From contig OZ241845.1 in assembly GCA_965202725.1 (NCBI GenBank), positions 3,782,079 through 3,846,078 of the forward strand: 64,000 nt of DNA. The letters run 5' to 3'. The notes beneath the pieces were generated by a model, which did not search any database, had not been told where the DNA came from, and was given only the letters and a program-made list of their open reading frames with translations. A program made the position numbers and the translations under genes. This DNA is from Candidatus Poribacteria bacterium. Its GTDB lineage: Bacteria > Poribacteria > WGA-4E > WGA-3G. Of the stretch, positions 36,330-45,262 are shown one piece after another (the first letter of the stretch is position 1; each line of letters begins with the position of its first letter).

Positions 36330-37712
36330 CTATTCAATCCACTCCATCGTTTCTCGGAGTTTTTCCTTGGCTTGGGCGTAATCTCGGCGTGTCTGGTAGT
36401 AGACGCGTTGCGCCTCTGTAAATTGCGCTTGTGCTTGAAACGCATCGTTGTAGGTCAGGCCTTGGTAGCCGGGGATTTCGACGGTGACTTCATCCAGCAC
36501 GCGCTCAATCGTCCGCAGCTGCTGCTCGAAAATTCTCACCCGCTTTTCTTCAATCTCCATCCGTTCTTTCGCATTTGCCACCTCGCGATAGTCACGTCGC
36601 ACCTCTACACGGATTAACTTTGTTTTTTCGCCGTATTCGAGCTGCATTTGCTCGAGTACGGCGACTTCTCGGGATCGGAGGTTTTTCGTCTTATTTCCAT
36701 CATATAATGGGATGTTGAAGTTAAAACGCACTTCCCATCCGTTTTGGGTGCGTGGATTGGTCTCAAAGAGACTCGCCCTATCTCGTTCACGGTCCAATAT
36801 CACCGGATCATAGAAGGCTTTTGCGTCCCACGTCTGGTTCCCCGCTTGTTGCTCCAGGATTACACTGAGATCCTTATAGCGTGCTTTCGCAGAGAGTTCA
36901 GGGAAACGATTCCAGAGGGTCTCGCCGACGAGACGTTCTTGACGTAGCATGTTGCCTTGTAAGTCGCGAAGGTCAAGACTGTTTGCGAGTGCGAGTTCAA
37001 CGGCGGCTTCGAGCGCCACATCGTCGTCTGGAAGGGGGCGGGAAAGGATAACCTGTACGAGTGGGTCAAGCCCAGTGAGACGGATGAGTTCGGCGGTGTC
37101 CACATCGAGTTGTCGTTGGAGTTCGTTGAGTGCGAGTTGCTGCTCTGAGAGTTCCAATTCTGTGTTGAGTTGCCTGAGGAATGGGATCCGCTTTTGGGTC
37201 TGTTCAATTTTTGTGCCTTCCAGTTTCTTTTCGAGTTCCACCGCAATCGCGCCCCGTTCTTTAATCTCTTCTTGTGTGAGGATAATATTATGCCAGAGAT
37301 TCCGCACTGCGTACACAATCTTCTTCTTGGCGCGTTCGTATTCAATGTCGGCTTTGCGGACCTCTTCCTGTGCGGCATCAAGGCCTTGGGGGATCTCACC
37401 GAATTGTGCCAGGAGGATACTTGCCTGCGCGCGCGTGAGATAATCTCTGTCGTCAATGTCGCCATCTTTTTGGCGTTGATATTCGCCGGTGAGTCCTACT
37501 TGTGGTAGGTAAACGGCTTTGGAGACGCGAAGGTTTGCTTTGGCGAACTCTACGACCTTCTCTGCTTTTTTGACTGTTTCGTTGTTTTGTAAAGCGAGTG
37601 CTATTGCGCGAGCCGGTTGCAGCGAGACAAGACGTTGTGCTGAGACGACACCCACAATACTGAAAAGGAAGCACACTGCAAGTGCCGTCACTCTTTTATT
37701 CATTTTATTCAT
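36330..37712 (-). CDS. TolC-family outer-membrane efflux protein
   Basis: Signal peptide, with two-fold repeated alpha-helical/beta pattern typical of OEP proteins (..A...NN..V..AE..V..A.A.L...K....P.V.L.G.Y). Length 460 aa. Confidence 0.8.
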   Translation of the reverse strand: MNKMNKRVTALAVCFLFSIVGVVSAQRLVSLQPARAIALALQNNETVKKAEKVVEFAKANLRVSKAVYLPQVGLTGEYQRQKDGDIDDRDYLTRAQASILLAQFGEIPQGLDAAQEEVRKADIEYERAKKKIVYAVRNLWHNIILTQEEIKERGAIAVELEKKLEGTKIEQTQKRIPFLRQLNTELELSEQQLALNELQRQLDVDTAELIRLTGLDPLVQVILSRPLPDDDVALEAAVELALANSLDLRDLQGNMLRQERLVGETLWNRFPELSAKARYKDLSVILEQQAGNQTWDAKAFYDPVILDRERDRASLFETNPRTQNGWEVRFNFNIPLYDGNKTKNLRSREVAVLEQMQLEYGEKTKLIRVEVRRDYREVANAKERMEIEEKRVRIFEQQLRTIERVLDEVTVEIPGYQGLTYNDAFQAQAQFTEAQRVYYQTRRDYAQAKEKLRETMEWIE

Positions 37713-37808
37713 TTTATTCTGTGTTTTTACGGTGTTTTTGTCTTAGACGCTGGGTTTGTTTCCCAGCCCTATAATCTCACATGCAACAAACAAGCGAGGG
37801 GCCATCTC

Positions 37809-40172
37809 TCACCGTCGGCTAATGCGGATGGTGACAACCACAATCGCTATCATGAGGAGGATCAACGCCCCGAAGAGCAACGTCGTTACTGACATTTGCG
37901 TCTGTGATTCAACTTGGACTGTAATTGAGCGGTCACGGGCCTCAAACTTCCGGTTATCGACTGTGACTTCAGCGTTTAACTTCGCTTGATATTCACCGAC
38001 ACCAATGTCCGAAGGGGGACTTAAGGTCAGTTGGATATCCGTCTCCTCGTTCCGTGCGAGTGAACCGATAACTTCAGGGGTAACCGTATATTTCCAATCC
38101 GTGTTGACATCAACGATCATACGGATATCCACGAGGTCGCGAGTGCCAATGTTTTTTAGCGTTGCCGTCATGTTGACCACTTCACCGATTTTGATTGTTT
38201 GGAAGGCGTTCGGCACGAATACCTCAATCTCAGGAACACCTTTTGGAATCAGTTCAAACCGTTCAACCCCACCTTGTAGGCCCGTGATCTTATCTGTGGA
38301 TAAATCCAAGCGATTATTTATACCACCGAGTGCGTTTGCCTCGGTTTCATCGAGGACCGCGACATAGAACTCAAGTGTACTGTCAAGGTAGGAAGCGTCC
38401 AGCTCTTCCGGGAGGTAAACAATCAGAGACAAACTCCGTTTCGACTGTTCCTGCGTGAACTTCACTTGTGACTGACGGGACTTCGTCTCCGGATCTTGAA
38501 ACTCAAAGGAGAGCCGGTTGAGGAGGTTAATGACGCGCAGTTGGAAGGTATTTTCCGTCTCCGCCAATCGATCGAGCGTCAAATCGTAGGTGACGCTGCT
38601 CCCCAAGTTTCCCTCCTGCGAAAATCGTAATGAACTGACGTTTACGACATCCAAAGCCGACTCTTTTTGTAGGTAGATGAGGCGTGTGTCGGGTCCAGGT
38701 AGTTCAGGATATTTCAGGGACACCTTCAAGCTTTCAACATCTTTCTGAAGTTGGAACGTCAATTCCACGGTTTCGTTGTAGCCCAGCACGGGTATCTTCG
38801 TTTCATAAGGTTTGACGATGTTTGTGTCATCGGTAACATCGAGGAGGGAGACGTAAATGCCTCGGATCTCGTTTGCCGCTGCAATCTCTTCAGGGGTTGC
38901 GTTGCTCGGCATTGCCTCCGTTGTGGAAGTGTTCTTGAGTTGAAGTGTTACCATCATCTGATTGTCCACGCGAAACTTCTTTGCACTCAGGATAGAAATG
39001 TGGCGTGTGTCCTCCTCAAGATGGATTTTTTTCGGATATGGCTTGTCAAGGTATAGCATATGAACTGTCAGGCTATCGACATTCCGCCGGAGTTCAAAAT
39101 CGAGCGTTGTTGCCTGTCCGTCTTTCAGCGATGGGATCCGGTATTCGTAAGGGAAGCCGATAATCGCGTTTGTTTCGTCTCTGATGGAGACATAGACGTT
39201 ATTGATTTCTTGTGCTGTCTCGCCATTAGTGTAGTCAGCGGCATCTGTGGTGTCTGTTTCTTTTTTTTCGCCTTTTATTGCACCGTAAGTGAGGACAACT
39301 TCCAACCGCCGTCGGTCACCCTTCTTGTAACGTCTTGCGGACACAACCGAGATATAGGGGTCCTCTTGTTTTAGATGGATATTCTTATTATCAGTTTCAC
39401 CTGAGTATGTCAACTCTACAACGACATCTCGGATGTCCTCTTTTATGAGTTCAAACTCCAGCGTAACGGCTTCGCCCTCCTTGAGTGTTTCTATGCGTTG
39501 TTCGTAGGGTTCGGCAATAATTGCCCCGCTTGCACCGTAACCTTCCTGCTCTTTAATAGACACGAAGATGTCGTCAATCTGCGCGCTAATGATAATTTCG
39601 CGTCCCAAGACTTTGGAGCTCTCGACGAGTGTGACGGGGGATGAACTATTCCGCAACGTGATTGAGAACAGTTCCTTTCCATCGACAGATTCATATAAGT
39701 TTGTGTTTTCGACAGTGATATGCCATTCATCTTTGAGGGAGTTCAGTTCAGTATCTTGCAACGTCAGTTTTGCTTGTTCGTATTCGGAGACGGCGGTTTC
39801 GTAAGCTTCCTCTGCCTTATTCACTTGAGAGACGGTGACGATATTATTTTTTTCCATCATCATCGCTTTAAGATTTTCAAGTTCAACTAACTTCTTTTTC
39901 ATCAGTTGTTCCTTGAGTTCCATTTCCAAGCGTTTGGTCTCTATTTGGATTTGGCGGCTCTGTTCCTCTTTGGTTTTCGCTCTGTTCTCATCGGAAACCG
40001 GTTCGGGATCTTCTGCGAACGCTGTCGGTGTTTCTGTAGGCAGCAACATCCCTATCGCTGTAATAAAAATGAGCATGAGCGTTGGAATTGAAAGCGTAGA
40101 AGATTGGAAGATGGGGGCCACCCATGCTACCATCTGTCCATCCTTCCGTCCAAGTTCCTTCCATCCATCCAT
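37809..40172 (-). CDS. Bitopic/both-ends-anchored envelope protein: N-terminal TM, coiled coil, three ~100-aa beta-sandwich-like repeats, NEW3-like domain, C-terminal TM
   Basis: N-terminal TM IPTLMLIFITAIGMLLP, followed by a heptad-rich region at aa ~60-150. There are three repeats ending ..(I/V)(F/Y)VS(I/L)...........PYE.(R/K)I(E/P).L..(G/N)E..TL.FEL......(L/V).V.L.Y......(I/L)(H/Y)L(K/E/Q).E. The segment KIGEVVNMTATLKNIGTRDLVDIRMIVDV..W..TV.P is like NEW3 (NPCBM-associated) domains. The C-terminal TM is TLLFGALILLMIAIVVV. Confidence 0.65.
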   Translation of the reverse strand: MDGWKELGRKDGQMVAWVAPIFQSSTLSIPTLMLIFITAIGMLLPTETPTAFAEDPEPVSDENRAKTKEEQSRQIQIETKRLEMELKEQLMKKKLVELENLKAMMMEKNNIVTVSQVNKAEEAYETAVSEYEQAKLTLQDTELNSLKDEWHITVENTNLYESVDGKELFSITLRNSSSPVTLVESSKVLGREIIISAQIDDIFVSIKEQEGYGASGAIIAEPYEQRIETLKEGEAVTLEFELIKEDIRDVVVELTYSGETDNKNIHLKQEDPYISVVSARRYKKGDRRRLEVVLTYGAIKGEKKETDTTDAADYTNGETAQEINNVYVSIRDETNAIIGFPYEYRIPSLKDGQATTLDFELRRNVDSLTVHMLYLDKPYPKKIHLEEDTRHISILSAKKFRVDNQMMVTLQLKNTSTTEAMPSNATPEEIAAANEIRGIYVSLLDVTDDTNIVKPYETKIPVLGYNETVELTFQLQKDVESLKVSLKYPELPGPDTRLIYLQKESALDVVNVSSLRFSQEGNLGSSVTYDLTLDRLAETENTFQLRVINLLNRLSFEFQDPETKSRQSQVKFTQEQSKRSLSLIVYLPEELDASYLDSTLEFYVAVLDETEANALGGINNRLDLSTDKITGLQGGVERFELIPKGVPEIEVFVPNAFQTIKIGEVVNMTATLKNIGTRDLVDIRMIVDVNTDWKYTVTPEVIGSLARNEETDIQLTLSPPSDIGVGEYQAKLNAEVTVDNRKFEARDRSITVQVESQTQMSVTTLLFGALILLMIAIVVVTIRISRR

Positions 40173-40193
40173 ATTTTTTTCACCCTTCTGTCT

Positions 40194-40928
40194 CTACGCA
40201 GTCGCGTCTTCTACAGGTTCATATCCAGCGACATAATGCAGGTAGAGTGCCTCAAGATCCTCTTTTTGTATCTCGTCGCGCGTCAGTTCCCGTTCCAGGT
40301 TACCTTGCACAAGGATTCCTATCCGATCGGCGATCTCTTTGGCTCGGAAGATGTCGTGCGTGGACATGAAGATCGCTTTCCCTTCCGCTTTGAGTTGGCG
40401 GAGTAGGTTCAAGAAATCGGCACCTCCCTTGGGATCCAAGCCTGAGGTGGGTTCGTCGAGCAGGACAGCTTGTGCGTTCTTCATAATCGCAATGGCAATC
40501 CCCAGGCGTTGCCGCATCCCTTTAGAGAAGGTCTTGACGCGGCGTGTAAACGCCTCCTCCGGTAAACCGACACGTCCAAGCGTCGCGTCTAATTCCTCGT
40601 TAGATACCTTCTTCCGTCCACCGAGTTTCGCAAAGAAAGACAGGTTTTGGCGTGCCGTGAAGTTGCGATAGAGCTCGACGTTCTCGGAGACATAAGCGAG
40701 ATGCTTCTTTGCTTCCAGTGGAAACTTCGGAATTTCGATGTCGTCAACGAGAGCAGTGCCGCTTGTAGGTTCGATAAAGTTCAAGAGCATGGAGATCGTC
40801 GTACTTTTCCCAGCGCCGTTCGCGCCGAGAACGACATAGATTTCGCCGTCGGCTACTTTCAGATTCAAATTGTTAACGGCTAAAACGTCTTCGTTGTAGA
40901 CTTTCGTGAGATCGCGGGTTTCTAACAT
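40194..40928 (-). CDS. ABC transporter ATP-binding protein (ABC-2 / DrrA-like subfamily)
   Basis: Walker A GANGAGKSTT, signature FSKGMRQRLGIA and Walker B VLLDEPTSGLD. Confidence 0.9.
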   Translation of the reverse strand: MLETRDLTKVYNEDVLAVNNLNLKVADGEIYVVLGANGAGKSTTISMLLNFIEPTSGTALVDDIEIPKFPLEAKKHLAYVSENVELYRNFTARQNLSFFAKLGGRKKVSNEELDATLGRVGLPEEAFTRRVKTFSKGMRQRLGIAIAIMKNAQAVLLDEPTSGLDPKGGADFLNLLRQLKAEGKAIFMSTHDIFRAKEIADRIGILVQGNLERELTRDEIQKEDLEALYLHYVAGYEPVEDATA

Positions 40929-41001
40929 TGGGTTTCTCCTACGGTTGATTTTCTCTGTATAATATGATATCAGAAATTTAAGGCGTTGTCAACCGAAACC
41001 T

Positions 41002-41676
41002 CTATCGATTCTTGCTGTTGCCAGTGCGAATGCTCTCAGTAATAGTGACGGAACTGAAGGGCCCATTCTCACTATGATGAAACTGTTTTCTCGTTCCCAG
41101 AATCTCGATACGGTGATGTACTAACTTATCCATATAGGCAGCTTTGTAAGTTGCCCAATCCGTTGTCGGTGGAATATCCAAAATCCCCAACTGCCACAGA
41201 TTCGGGTTGTCTTCGAGGAGTGCCAACGTGTGCCGTTTTGATAGGTAGTGTGAATAATCGCCGAAATTTTCTATGGTGACACCTCCGTCCAGAAGGCGTT
41301 GCAGCCATTCTTCTCGCGCGTATCTTGCATCTATCTCGCGATCTGTATAGGCAGTGTGATAATTTATGGTTTTTATGCCAACGCCTTTACGATGGATACT
41401 CACCTCGATCTTTGCATGTCCACGGTTGTAGTTCCCATTAAATGCTTGCATAAGTTCACGTGCGTTTTGGGGACCATCATACTTTTTGTGATTTGGGGGT
41501 GCTGACCAGCTGAATTCAACATGTTCACCCAACTGGATATTCGCTATTCCGCTTTTATAAGTGTATTTCTCCGTGTGCGAATAGTCGGAGCAACTACCGA
41601 GAAAAATAGCGAGTCCCAAAACTGTGAAAAGTGAAAGACTGAATAAAAGACCTGCGCTGCGAAAAGTATTTTTCAT
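41002..41676 (-). CDS. Hypothetical lipoprotein
   Basis: Signal with lipobox (LAIFLGSCSD). No family was recognised. Confidence 0.6.
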   Translation of the reverse strand: MKNTFRSAGLLFSLSLFTVLGLAIFLGSCSDYSHTEKYTYKSGIANIQLGEHVEFSWSAPPNHKKYDGPQNARELMQAFNGNYNRGHAKIEVSIHRKGVGIKTINYHTAYTDREIDARYAREEWLQRLLDGGVTIENFGDYSHYLSKRHTLALLEDNPNLWQLGILDIPPTTDWATYKAAYMDKLVHHRIEILGTRKQFHHSENGPFSSVTITESIRTGNSKNR

Positions 41677-41865
41677 TTTTGAGCCTCTCCGTTGTTTGTG
41701 TCATCTGAAGGATATTGTATCACTTCATTCTATTTTTTGTGGGGTTACCGAAGGATATACTGACTTGTTTACGGTGACGCGTTTTGTGGGCGGAAGGGTT
41801 GCATTATTTTTCAATAACGATGTTTTACACACCTTTTGCAAAGGAAAGTTCCGCTTCCCGCACGT

Positions 41866-43574
41866 TCACTGCTGACTTAACATAGCTAAGAAGAAAAGGA
41901 TGGGTGCCAGCCTTGCTATTACATCAATCGGTTTTTCCTTGGGTGAGAACCTCAGTTCCAGCGATGCCGTGTCCTCTGCAGCGTCAAGGGAAGCGAACAA
42001 GACCCCTGCCTTTTGTGTAAACGCAATCAACTCCGGTCTTCGCCACGGAAGCCCCTCGGCTTCAACAAAGGTTAAAAACTTTTCTATGTTGAGTTGGAAC
42101 AGGCATGCTGGATTGGCCGGTAAATCTTCCAGCCGCCTTTTAAAGATGGGTGTCGGATTTCCAGTCAAAAGATTATCAACAATGGATTTATACTGTTTTT
42201 CAGACAGGGCTATCACAAAGAGTTCGTTGACATTCCCATAATAGAGGGTACCGGATATAGAAGCTGTGTGAAATGTTTTGCCTTTGTAGTCGAACTGTTG
42301 GGGTGATTCGGGACTGAGTTTTTCGAGGAGACCGTTGAAAAGCTCCTGCCATTTCGCTAGGGAATCGGGATGGAAAATCAAACCTAAATTCATCTCCGCA
42401 AATTCAACTTTGAAACTTTCAATCTTTCCATTCGTCGATCCGGTCATAAAATTAGGGGGGTGCTCTAAAAAAGAAAGGTCCGCGCTAATGACAAGTTCGC
42501 CTGTCACTGCCTCAAGTAGATCGGTCTGATTCGGTATCAGGAAGCTTCTGAGATTTCCAGGGGTGGTTGTATTCCTCTCAGAACCCAAAATCATCTGCCA
42601 GAACGTCTGGGAACTTGATGGCCCGACCGTAAGGAAGATCTCCTCGTTCCCTGACAAACCCTGAATGGCTTTCAATTGAGATGGTTCTTGAAACAGTGAG
42701 ATAAGTGTTCCTTGTGCATTATTCTTCAATGTGCCGGACAGTTGTTGGCTCCCACCCGGTTTCAGCAGATCCCAACTGTAGACCAAGGTCTGGAAAGCGT
42801 CCAGTTGCGTGCCGATGGAAGGGGTAGAATCGCTTTCAGATAGGGACTCCCTGTCTCCACATCCACAAAGACGAATACCTCACTTTTTTGATATCTATCG
42901 GCAATGGAGCGATACAAATCGTTTCGGGTAATTGATGCTTGCGTCGTTTTATAGACATCAACCATTTTCTGGAAGCTCCCAGGGGTTATACCCATCAGCA
43001 GGAGGGTTTCATCAACCCGTCCGTAAGTAAGTTCCAGTGTGTTCAGCTGGGCAGTATGGTGTGTAATGCCTTGATAGTTCCCCACCTGGGGTTGTACGGG
43101 GTTCCCTGCCATACTGCTGAGGGTCGCAACGACTTGGGATAAGATTGGTTCGGCTTTCTGTAGGGTCTGCGTTGCTCCGTCCTTACTGTTCTGAATGACG
43201 ATCCCCACCATCAACCCCTCTGCGCCGGGCGAAACTGTCACTGCGACTTCACTTCCCAAAAAGGTTTCAATTAAACCTTGGAGGTCCGTCCCTGTAAACA
43301 TCGGCATTGCCTGCAGGAGTTGTTGAATATCTTGCCACTGTGAGGCAGCGGACATGAGATCTGCAGCTTCCTTCCAGTTTTCGGAGCTCTCAATTGTCTC
43401 ACGACATTCTTGTAGGTTTTGGAGTTTGAGATAGAGGATGCTATCCGATGGGATGACGGTTTCTATCGTTTGGGCATGTGTTGTTGAAACGAGCACAGCC
43501 GTAAAGATGACGACGAACCACAAGTGCTTTAAAGTTTCGGGGTTACAAACCCCTCCCATAATTTTTTCTCTCAT
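41866..43574 (-). pseudogene. Secreted ~570-aa protein (possibly DUF3352-like) split by a frameshift near a C4/G4 run
   Basis: Two track ORFs (42762..43574 and 41866..42786) overlap. The downstream frame is open up to 42879 and reads ..PSIGTQLDAFQTLVYSWDLL. Adding one C to the run at 42821-42824 joins ..LKAILP to PSIGTQLDAFQ... The N-terminal signal is VVIFTAVLVSTTHAQT. Confidence 0.6.
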
Positions 43575-43701
43575 GTTTTCTTTCCTTTTTTCGTAAAATC
43601 AAGAATTAATTGGATACGCTTAGATAATGCCGCCCTGCTAACCCCCTTCTCAAGGGAGAATCCCAAAGATGATTCTTAACCGGCGGCCGATAACCATAAA
43701 A

Positions 43702-45249
43702 TTACACATCTGAGCGTGTAAAAACAAAGAACGCGCCTAAAAGAGATGCGCCGAGCAGTCCAACGAGTAACAGTATATCCAGTATCGCTGCGTTGAAGGT
43801 ATCGCGAAAAGCAATTTTATCCTCAAAGTTTGGAAGTGCCTTCGGTGAAATCGGCTTTTTAGACATGCCCTCCGGGATTCCGAGGATATGGGGGCTTTCT
43901 GGGTCGGCACGATCTGTTTCAGTGATGAAGTCTCGGAACTGTCTGATATGAAGGTGTACACTGTCAAGAAATTGCAAGTGCCGTTTCAATCCGGTACCCG
44001 TCATAGATTCAAGGGCGTATTGGGCGATGGCTGCTGGCGAGAACCGCGTTACCGCCCTCGCGCGCTGAACCTGCGCGAGTTGGGCTCTTAAACGTTCTCG
44101 GTTCAGCCGTTCCCGGATGTCCACATCTTTGTTGACATACTCAGCCTTGATACGCAATTCTTCCTCATCTACCTTTTTGGATCCCGCCATCGCCGCCATG
44201 AGTTCTGCCTCTTTCTCCTTTGCCAGCTTTTCCGCCTCTTTCGGCGAAGTTTTCGCAAGGTCCATGAGGTGGCTGAGAAGCCCCCCGGCTTGCGATTGTC
44301 TTTTGTCCATTATTTGCTTGTGGAAATCATCGTTAATCTGCTCAAGCGCGCGCGCTTGAGCCGTTTTCCATTGATGAGCTGTTTGGACGGGAGACATCCA
44401 TTTTGTGGAGAGCGTACCGAAGGTGGAAGGCATAAAGATGACAAGTGCTACCCAGATAATCAACAGTACGACGAGACTCACCCGAGTATCCCGCGTACCC
44501 GCGGAGACCATCAACCCGATTGCGATAAAGATACTTGCATAGCCTGAAGCAATTAGCATAATCATTCCCAAACGTCCCCAGTCTGCTGCCCCAAGCTGCG
44601 TCCAACTATCTGTGGAAATTACCGCCAGATTCAACAGGACCGCGAAGTAGAACGGAATAAGGACGGCTATCAGCGTGCCTAAGAACTTCCCCGCTAACAG
44701 AGCGGGCCGCGAAATGGCGTTGGCGAGACACAATCGAAGCGTTCCGCTTTCTCTTTCGCCAGAGAGGGCATCGAAGGTAAACAAGAGGGGAATGAAAGAG
44801 AGTAGGTAGGCGATGATAAATACATAGTCTATCTTTGTCGCCTTGGGACGCAGGTCCCGCGCATTCGGGTTGGCAGTGGGGTAGTGCGTCCACCAGATGC
44901 TTTTGACTTGTGTACCCACTCCCGCGGTTCTACTCCAGGATCCCTCATTGTCCGTGCTGCGATTCGGCAGAAAGGCCTCCCCACCGTCTGCAATGAAAGT
45001 TAGTGCAGATGGCTGTTTGTAAAGTCTACCGGGCCCCTTTCTCAGAAGTTCATAGAGCTCCATCCGCGACTGCAATGTATCACGGTCACCGGCAACGTTC
45101 TCAGAATACCTCCGGACCTTGTCTGAATGCGTCTGAAGATGCACCACGGCGTTGGTTACCATGAGGGCTGCCATGATGATGACAGTCAAGGAGAAGCGGA
45201 GACTGTTGAGATGGTCAAAGAACTCTCTTTGAATGATATGTCTAATCAT
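43702..45249 (-). CDS. ABC-2-type transporter permease (paralog B)
   Basis: The ATG at 45249 (MIRHIIQREFFDHL) is preceded by AAGGAG. Features are an N-terminal TM, a large loop, the FTFDALSGERESGTLRL motif, five further TM segments, a long helical insertion and a final TM. Confidence 0.8.
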   Translation of the reverse strand: MIRHIIQREFFDHLNSLRFSLTVIIMAALMVTNAVVHLQTHSDKVRRYSENVAGDRDTLQSRMELYELLRKGPGRLYKQPSALTFIADGGEAFLPNRSTDNEGSWSRTAGVGTQVKSIWWTHYPTANPNARDLRPKATKIDYVFIIAYLLSFIPLLFTFDALSGERESGTLRLCLANAISRPALLAGKFLGTLIAVLIPFYFAVLLNLAVISTDSWTQLGAADWGRLGMIMLIASGYASIFIAIGLMVSAGTRDTRVSLVVLLIIWVALVIFMPSTFGTLSTKWMSPVQTAHQWKTAQARALEQINDDFHKQIMDKRQSQAGGLLSHLMDLAKTSPKEAEKLAKEKEAELMAAMAGSKKVDEEELRIKAEYVNKDVDIRERLNRERLRAQLAQVQRARAVTRFSPAAIAQYALESMTGTGLKRHLQFLDSVHLHIRQFRDFITETDRADPESPHILGIPEGMSKKPISPKALPNFEDKIAFRDTFNAAILDILLLVGLLGASLLGAFFVFTRSDV

Positions 45250-45262
45250 TGCGTTTTCTCCT

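Noticed and set aside
36860-37508. Several 110-200-aa ORFs on both strands inside the TolC gene (36860..37465 minus, 36949..37443 plus, 37170..37508 plus). Similar ORFs lie inside the 787-aa gene and the C25 peptidase.
   Set aside because: They overlap well-supported longer genes. They have biased Ser/Arg-rich composition typical of off-frame translation and no start context.
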